The translations under genes were made by a program, and so were the position numbers. Shown here one piece after another: positions 58,933 to 64,000 of a DNA stretch of 64,000 nucleotides. The notes beneath the pieces were generated by a model that saw only the letters and a program-made list of their open reading frames with translations, searched no databases and was not told the origin of the DNA. The stretch's first letter is position 1; each line of letters opens with the position of its first letter. The stretch is taken from NCBI GenBank assembly GCA_963746845.1, contig CAVVCZ010000005.1, positions 64,001 to 128,000 of the forward strand, given 5' to 3'. The DNA comes from an uncultured Chloroflexia bacterium. GTDB lineage: Bacteria > Chloroflexota > Limnocylindria > Limnocylindrales > CSP1-4.

Positions 58933-59612
58933 GCCCCGGTCCCGCTGCTCCCGGGCGTGTGGAGCGGGGTGCCGTTCGCGCAGAGCGGGCAACCGCCCGC
59001 GCCCGGCTCGTAGGTCGGCAGGTCGAGCCGCCAGAGCGACCGGAGCGGGTAGGTCCGGCCCGTCGTCGGCGAGGTCAGCGTGTTGGTATCGCGGCCGCTT
59101 CGGTCGACGAGGACCGCGCATTCGACGATCTCGCCGCCCATCGCCTCGACCGCGGGGAGCATCGCGATGAGCGAGCCGCCGGTCGTCAGGATGTCGTCGA
59201 CCAGCAGGACCCGCTCGCCCGGCTCGATCCGGAAGCCGCGCCGGAACTCGCGACGGGTCGTCCCATCCGCATCGCGGACCTCCTCGGCGAAGATCGCCCG
59301 GACGCCGAGCTGACGGCCGGTCTCGAACGCGAGGATGACACCGCCGGTCGTCGGGCCCGCCACGAGGTCGACGCGGTCGGACGCGTCGGCGTGATCCGCC
59401 GCGAACGGCGCCGCCCAGAAGCCGCACAGCTCACTCGTCGCGGCGGGATCGCTCAATACGGCGAACTTCTCGACGTACGCGTCGCCGTGCCGGCCGCTCT
59501 TGAGCTGGAAGTGCCCCTCGCGCAGCGCCCCGGAGCTTCGGAACAGCTCCTCGGTCCGGCGCGCGATGGCGGCCCGGGCGCCGATCTCGAGGGCCGGCTT
59601 GATCGTCGTCAT
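58929..59612 (-). CDS. pyrE: Orotate phosphoribosyltransferase
   Basis: GHFQLKSGRH, VLLVDDILTTGGS, VLVDRS, C-terminal CPLC. Confidence 0.92.
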   Translation of the reverse strand: MTTIKPALEIGARAAIARRTEELFRSSGALREGHFQLKSGRHGDAYVEKFAVLSDPAATSELCGFWAAPFAADHADASDRVDLVAGPTTGGVILAFETGRQLGVRAIFAEEVRDADGTTRREFRRGFRIEPGERVLLVDDILTTGGSLIAMLPAVEAMGGEIVECAVLVDRSGRDTNTLTSPTTGRTYPLRSLWRLDLPTYEPGAGGCPLCANGTPLHTPGSSGTGA

Positions 59613-59639
59613 CCGCGGAAGTCTAGCCGCGACCGCCCG

Positions 59640-60779
59640 TCAGGGCCGGTACTCGACGCCCTTCGAGGACGGGGCGCCCGGCTTGCGCGGGAGGGCGGTG
59701 CCGATCAGGTCGCGATACGAGCCGAGCCCGAGACGGCGGCACTCCCCGGTGAGCTCGTCGACGAGCCGGACCGGGAGCGTCGGGTCGGCGAAGATCGCCG
59801 TGCCCACCTGGACCGCGACCGCGCCGACGGCCAGGAAGTCGAGGACATCGACGAGCTCCGTGACGCCGCCGATCGCCACGACCGGGATGTCGACGATCTG
59901 GCTGACCTCGTACACGATCCGGAGGGCGACGGGCTTGATCGCGGGCCCGGACAGGCCGCCGTAGATGTTCCCGAGGAGCGGCTTCGAACGCGACGAAGCG
60001 ACCGCGATCCCCGACAGCGTGTTGATCGCCGTCAGCGCGTCCGCGCCGGCATCGGCGATCGCCCGCGCGATCGGTCGGACGTCGGCGACGTTCGGCGACA
60101 GCTTCACGAGCAGCGGCAGGTCGGTCGCCCGTCGGACGGCCGCCGTGACCTCGCCCGCGGCGCCGGCGTCGATCGCGAACTGCAGCCCGCCGCGGCCGAC
60201 GTTCGGGCAGCTGATGTTCAGCTCGATCCCGGCAACCCCGGGCACCCCGTCGAGCCGCCGGACGACCTCGACGTAGTCGGCGACCGACTCCCCCGCGACG
60301 TTGACGATCACCGGCGTCTTCCAGCCGGTCCACGTCTTCGCGTACTTCTCGATGACCGCATCGACGCCCGGGTTCTGGAGGCCGATCGAGTTCAGCATCC
60401 CGCCCGGCGTCTCCGTCACCCGGGGCGTGATGTTGCCGACGCGAGGCTTGAGCGTCGTGCCCTTGCAGCAGATGGCGCCGAGCCGGTCGACCTCGACGAC
60501 GTCGCCGTACTCGATCCCGTAGCCGAACGTCCCCGACGCGACGAGGATCGGGTTCGGCAGGACGAGACCGCGGCCGAGATCGACGGCGAGGTCGACCGGC
60601 GCCCCGAGGAACGGGCCGTCGTCGACCGCCGATGATCTCGTGGGCGGGCCGGAACGGGGTCTCGGCGCGCTCGACGGAGTCCCCGACCCGATCATCGGCT
60701 TGAGCTTCCGGACGGTCGGCGTGCGCTTCGTGGCCACCCGGACGTCCTTCGCAGTCGTGACCTTGCGCTTCGCCTTCAC
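59640..60779 (-). CDS. pyrD: Dihydroorotate dehydrogenase class 1B catalytic subunit, with basic N-terminal extension
   Basis: NPILVASGTFG, GMLNSIGLQNPG, ELNISCPNV, VKLSPN, INT, GGLSGPAIKPVAL; GTG overlaps pyrK stop. Confidence 0.93.
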   Translation of the reverse strand: MKAKRKVTTAKDVRVATKRTPTVRKLKPMIGSGTPSSAPRPRSGPPTRSSAVDDGPFLGAPVDLAVDLGRGLVLPNPILVASGTFGYGIEYGDVVEVDRLGAICCKGTTLKPRVGNITPRVTETPGGMLNSIGLQNPGVDAVIEKYAKTWTGWKTPVIVNVAGESVADYVEVVRRLDGVPGVAGIELNISCPNVGRGGLQFAIDAGAAGEVTAAVRRATDLPLLVKLSPNVADVRPIARAIADAGADALTAINTLSGIAVASSRSKPLLGNIYGGLSGPAIKPVALRIVYEVSQIVDIPVVAIGGVTELVDVLDFLAVGAVAVQVGTAIFADPTLPVRLVDELTGECRRLGLGSYRDLIGTALPRKPGAPSSKGVEYRP

Positions 60780-61642
60780 CAGCCGGACTCCCAGGCGACT
60801 TCCTCGGCGGCGAACACCGGGCCCTCGCGGCAGACCCGCTGGGGTGCGCCGTTCACGCCCATGATCACGCAGCCCAGGCACGCCCCGACCGCGCAGCCCA
60901 TGTTCTGCTCCATCGACACCTGGAGGAACGCCTTGCGACGGGCGGCCGGCGAGCCGAGCGGATCGGCCTTGCCGCCGCCCCGCTTCCGGCCCAGTCGCGC
61001 GACGCCCAGCCGCTCCCGTCGGCCGGCCGCCAGGCGGGCGAGCGCCGCGAGCATCGGCGCCGGGCCGCAGGCGAACGCCTGGTCCGCCCAGGCCTCGTAG
61101 TCGGGCACGAGCTCGGTCACGAACCCGTGATGCCCGACGGATCCGTCGTCGGTCGCGATCACGTACTCGACCTCGTCGGGCAGGAGCGACGACGGGTAGA
61201 CGTCCCGCGCCGACGCGGCGCCGAACAGCATCGCGACCTGACGGCCATCGCGGAGGGCCTCGTCGGCGAGGAACCGGACACCGGCCATCCCGAGCCCGCC
61301 CGCGACGAGGAGCATGTGGCGCGACCGACTGTCGACCTCGAACGGCCGGCCGAGCGGCCCGAGCATGTCGACCGGGTCGCCGGGCCGCAGGTGGGTGAAC
61401 CACTCGGTCCCGCGCCCGATCGTCCGGAAGTGGATCGTGATCGTGCCGCTGACCGGGTCGGCTGTGTTGATCGAGAACGGACGACGGAGGACGAGCCCGG
61501 ACAGGTCGCCGGTCCGGACGTGGACGAACTGCCCCGCCCGCGCTCCGGTCGCGAGCTCAGGCGCGTGGAACGATTGGAGCCATTGACCCGGGAGGATCTC
61601 CCGGCTGTCGACCAGCTCGGTCCGGACGAGCCGCATCGTCAC
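60776..61642 (-). CDS. pyrK: Dihydroorotate dehydrogenase electron transfer subunit
   Basis: GQFVHV, LRRPFSI, GPLGRPF, VAGGLG, TDDGSVG, ACGP, MGCAVGACLGC...RVCREGPVF. Confidence 0.92.
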   Translation of the reverse strand: MTMRLVRTELVDSREILPGQWLQSFHAPELATGARAGQFVHVRTGDLSGLVLRRPFSINTADPVSGTITIHFRTIGRGTEWFTHLRPGDPVDMLGPLGRPFEVDSRSRHMLLVAGGLGMAGVRFLADEALRDGRQVAMLFGAASARDVYPSSLLPDEVEYVIATDDGSVGHHGFVTELVPDYEAWADQAFACGPAPMLAALARLAAGRRERLGVARLGRKRGGGKADPLGSPAARRKAFLQVSMEQNMGCAVGACLGCVIMGVNGAPQRVCREGPVFAAEEVAWESGW

Positions 61643-62613
61643 CGGTGGGCGTCGTCCTCCCCGACCTTCTCGTCGTCATCGTCATCGTGGTTGTCCGCGG
61701 CTTCGGCGTCGGCGTCGTCCGCCACGACGTCACCCTCGGCCACCGCGGCCGTCCCGTTCCCGCCCGCCGCCTCGGCCTGGAATGCCGCGAGCTCCGGGGC
61801 GATCGCCGGGAAGGCCTCGGCGAGGGCATCGGCGAGGTCCCCGAAGACGTCGGTCGGGTCGTAGTACTCGACAAGCTCCTCGGCCGACGCGAGCGGTCGC
61901 CACTCGTTCTCCTCTTCGGTCAGGACCTCGGCCCGGAACTCGCCGGCCGCGGTCAGCGTGAGCCGCTCGTCGTCGTCGTCGTTGATCACGAGGTCGCCGA
62001 TCTTGGCGACCAGGTTCTCGGACGCATCCTCGAACTGCTCGAGCAGGCGGGCCTCGCTTCGCTGGCTGCGCTCCTGGTACTCCAGGGCAAGGTCGTAGAG
62101 CCGCTGCGCGGCGAGCTCGTCGTCGTCGACGTCGACGCGCTCCGGCTGCGCTGCCGCCCAGTCATCGGCCGCGGCCGCGTACGGGTCGCCCCCGATCGTG
62201 ACCGTCTCCTCGACCCCGATCCCGGCCGCGTCGAGCACGTCGCCCTCCGCGGTCGGCTCGGCGGCGAGACCGGCTCCCTCGCGGGCTGCGTCGGCGAACG
62301 CCTGATAGATGTCGGCGGGGTTGTACAGCTCGACGAGCTCGGACGCGGTCTCGATGACCTCGGTCTCCGAGGTCCACTCGCCGGTCAGGTCGTCGAGGTA
62401 GCGGGTCCGGCTCCGGAAGGTCAGGTCCGGCGCGATCGCGAGGTAGTCGGGATCCTCGTCGATCAGGGTCAGGCCGCCGAGCTCGCTGATCCGCTCGCGG
62501 TTCGCCGCCAGGAACCTGCGGAGCTGCTCGGTCGACTGGACGAGGAAGTCCGACCGTTCGAGGGCGGCGTCGCCCGCGATCTCGCCGAGCAGGTCGTTGC
62601 GGCTCGTGTCCAT
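61639..62613 (-). CDS. Highly acidic hypothetical protein with internal domain duplication
   Basis: ELVELYNPADIYQAFADA vs ELVEYYDPTDVFGDLADA; ATG 62613 after GGAGG; stop overlaps pyrK start. Confidence 0.8.
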   Translation of the reverse strand: MDTSRNDLLGEIAGDAALERSDFLVQSTEQLRRFLAANRERISELGGLTLIDEDPDYLAIAPDLTFRSRTRYLDDLTGEWTSETEVIETASELVELYNPADIYQAFADAAREGAGLAAEPTAEGDVLDAAGIGVEETVTIGGDPYAAAADDWAAAQPERVDVDDDELAAQRLYDLALEYQERSQRSEARLLEQFEDASENLVAKIGDLVINDDDDERLTLTAAGEFRAEVLTEEENEWRPLASAEELVEYYDPTDVFGDLADALAEAFPAIAPELAAFQAEAAGGNGTAAVAEGDVVADDADAEAADNHDDDDDEKVGEDDAHR

Positions 62614-62686
62614 CGCATCGCCTCCCTTCCCCTGTCCTTGCGGTTGATCGTCGGCCGACGACCGACCGCGGTAGAAGCCCATCTGT

Positions 62687-63013
62687 CTACTCGTGGTATT
62701 CGAGGTCGGGACCCATCCGCTGGCGCAGGAACATCGAGTGGTGGCGCTGGAAGATCCACTCCCCCGCCCGATGCCCCAGTTCGCGGATGCTCTCGTCGGC
62801 CTCGAGCTTGTCCAGTGTCGCGTAGTCCGGAAGATCGAGCAGGATCACGTTGTCGAAGTCCCAGCCGTGGGCGACGTTGTACCAGCCGAGGAACCGGATC
62901 CCGTATTTCTGCTCGTACTGCCGGAGCTGGCGGGCGAAGATCGTCCGCATGTAGAACTTGAAGAACGGATCGCGTCCGCGACGGACCGAGAAGTAGGTCG
63001 CGAGCACGGGCAC
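62687..63013 (-). CDS. Hypothetical 108-aa protein (possible dimeric alpha+beta barrel)
   Basis: GTG after AGGAGG; YGIRFLGWYNVAHGWDFDNVILLDLPDYATLD resembles GYD/NIPSNAP-type patterns (unverified). Confidence 0.7.
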   Translation of the reverse strand: MPVLATYFSVRRGRDPFFKFYMRTIFARQLRQYEQKYGIRFLGWYNVAHGWDFDNVILLDLPDYATLDKLEADESIRELGHRAGEWIFQRHHSMFLRQRMGPDLEYHE

Positions 63014-63076
63014 GGGACACTCCTCCTGTCCATCGATCCGGGACGCCGGATCGCGATCAACGCCGATCGCGGCGGC

Positions 63077-63481
63077 CTATTGTCGCACGGGGCCTTCGTC
63101 GGACGGAGGTGGCCCGCCGGTGTCGTCGTCCCCGGCCGGCTCGCCCTCCGCGCCGCCGTCGGCGGGGTCGCCGGCGACTTGATCCTCGAGCTCGCCGACC
63201 GTCTTCGACGTGCTCGCCAGCGGGCGGCGCCGGCCCCGTCGATCGGCGGCCACGAGGCGGAGCAGGAAGATGATCGTCTGACCCACGACGAGGAGCAGCG
63301 CGATCGTCGCGAAGAGGAGGGCGGCGCTGATCCAGAGCTGCCAGCCCCAGAACACGGTCAGCGGCGTCAGGACGATGAAGACGACGAGGACGACGAGCTG
63401 GAACCGGAAGCAGCCGAGGCCGGGGCCGCGTTCGGCCTCGAGATCGTCGCCCTTGTACTGGACCGGGGGCTGGTTGATCAC
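63077..63481 (-). CDS. Hypothetical 2-TM membrane protein
   Basis: Two hydrophobic segments, RRGRRRP, acidic tail; TACCAT -10 upstream. Confidence 0.7.
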   Translation of the reverse strand: MINQPPVQYKGDDLEAERGPGLGCFRFQLVVLVVFIVLTPLTVFWGWQLWISAALLFATIALLLVVGQTIIFLLRLVAADRRGRRRPLASTSKTVGELEDQVAGDPADGGAEGEPAGDDDTGGPPPSDEGPVRQ

Positions 63482-63615
63482 GAGCGGCGATGGTACCGGC
63501 AGCGGCCCCGTGGCGCGGTGGCGCGGTCAGCGCGGCGCGTCGTCCGGGCCGCGATTATCCTGAGCTGGCTCGATCGGCGCCCCGTCACCGCGTCGCAGGG
63601 CAGGCGGACGTGCAC

Positions 63616-64000
63616 ATGTCACGACAGCGGCTGTTGATCATCGCCATCCCGGCGCTCGTCGTGGGCGGGATCGAGGTCGTCAGCGACACCCTGCTCGATG
63701 CGGTCCTCCCGTTCCCGGGCGACGCGCTCCTGATGACCTTCGTCGTCCTCGTTCTGGCCGCTGCCCTGTCCGGCATCGCCTACCGCCGGATCGAGTCGCT
63801 GCGCGCAACGCTGGCCGTGCGCAACCGCGAGCTCGAGGAACGCGCCGCGTCGGCGTCGGCGCTGCGCCGGGTCAGCGTCGCGATCACGGCACTCGTCGAC
63901 CTGCCCGAGATCCTCGATGCGATCGTCGGGAACGCCCGGACGCTGATCGGCGTCGACGCGGCCGTGCTGCTCCTCGCCGACGGCGAGGGTCGCCTCCAGC
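63616..64000 (+). CDS. Membrane sensor with GAF domain (probable histidine kinase), partial
   Basis: Manual translation MSRQRLLIIAIPALVVGG...2 TM...RNRELEER...ALRRVSVAITALVDLPEILDAIVGNARTLIGVDAAVLLLAD; open to window end. Confidence 0.7.
   Translation, partial: MSRQRLLIIAIPALVVGGIEVVSDTLLDAVLPFPGDALLMTFVVLVLAAALSGIAYRRIESLRATLAVRNRELEERAASASALRRVSVAITALVDLPEILDAIVGNARTLIGVDAAVLLLADGEGRLQ

Noticed and set aside
197-63637. Numerous long antisense or alternate-frame ORFs (e.g. 197-2080, 11006-13702, 22517-25291, 33217-35619, 34851-37778, 55395-57797)
   Set aside because: Arg/Pro/Gly-rich shadow ORFs expected at this GC content; they overlap well-supported genes and show no family motifs.

Overview
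High-GC (roughly 70% by eye), gene-dense bacterial chromosome segment with no integrase, transposase, phage or CRISPR signal. Gene content and style suggest an uncultured Chloroflexota (Limnocylindria-like) or similar terrabacterial lineage; this is an inference. Contents in order: a maltodextrin-type ABC transporter with LacI regulator, two GH57 and one GH13 alpha-glucan enzymes, an adenylate cyclase, htpX, a GntR regulator with a divergent unannotated 40-aa membrane peptide, DUF885, GNAT, a lysA-like gene, an ABC exporter with a two-component system, a LysM protein, an SPFH/slipin gene preceded by a structured tRNA-like (T-arm containing) RNA, sodN-sodX (nickel SOD), two F420-type LLM oxidoreductases, MarR-MFS, a LOG-family gene, ACT/DUF5612 genes, an aldehyde dehydrogenase, xth, a rhamnulokinase remnant with an alpha-hydroxy-acid oxidase, a polyamine ABC transporter with a cluster of frameshifts, a Rieske oxygenase, a beta-CASP nuclease, a ctaA-ctaB fusion, and a pyrK-pyrD-pyrE region coupled to uncharacterised genes. 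Many genes appear leaderless. The best candidate for something new is the permuted tRNA-mimic (Y-RNA/YrlA-like) element upstream of the slipin gene. Next are an acidic internally duplicated protein coupled to PyrK/PyrD that carry basic extensions, and a triple GACGC-N7-GCGTC palindrome cluster.
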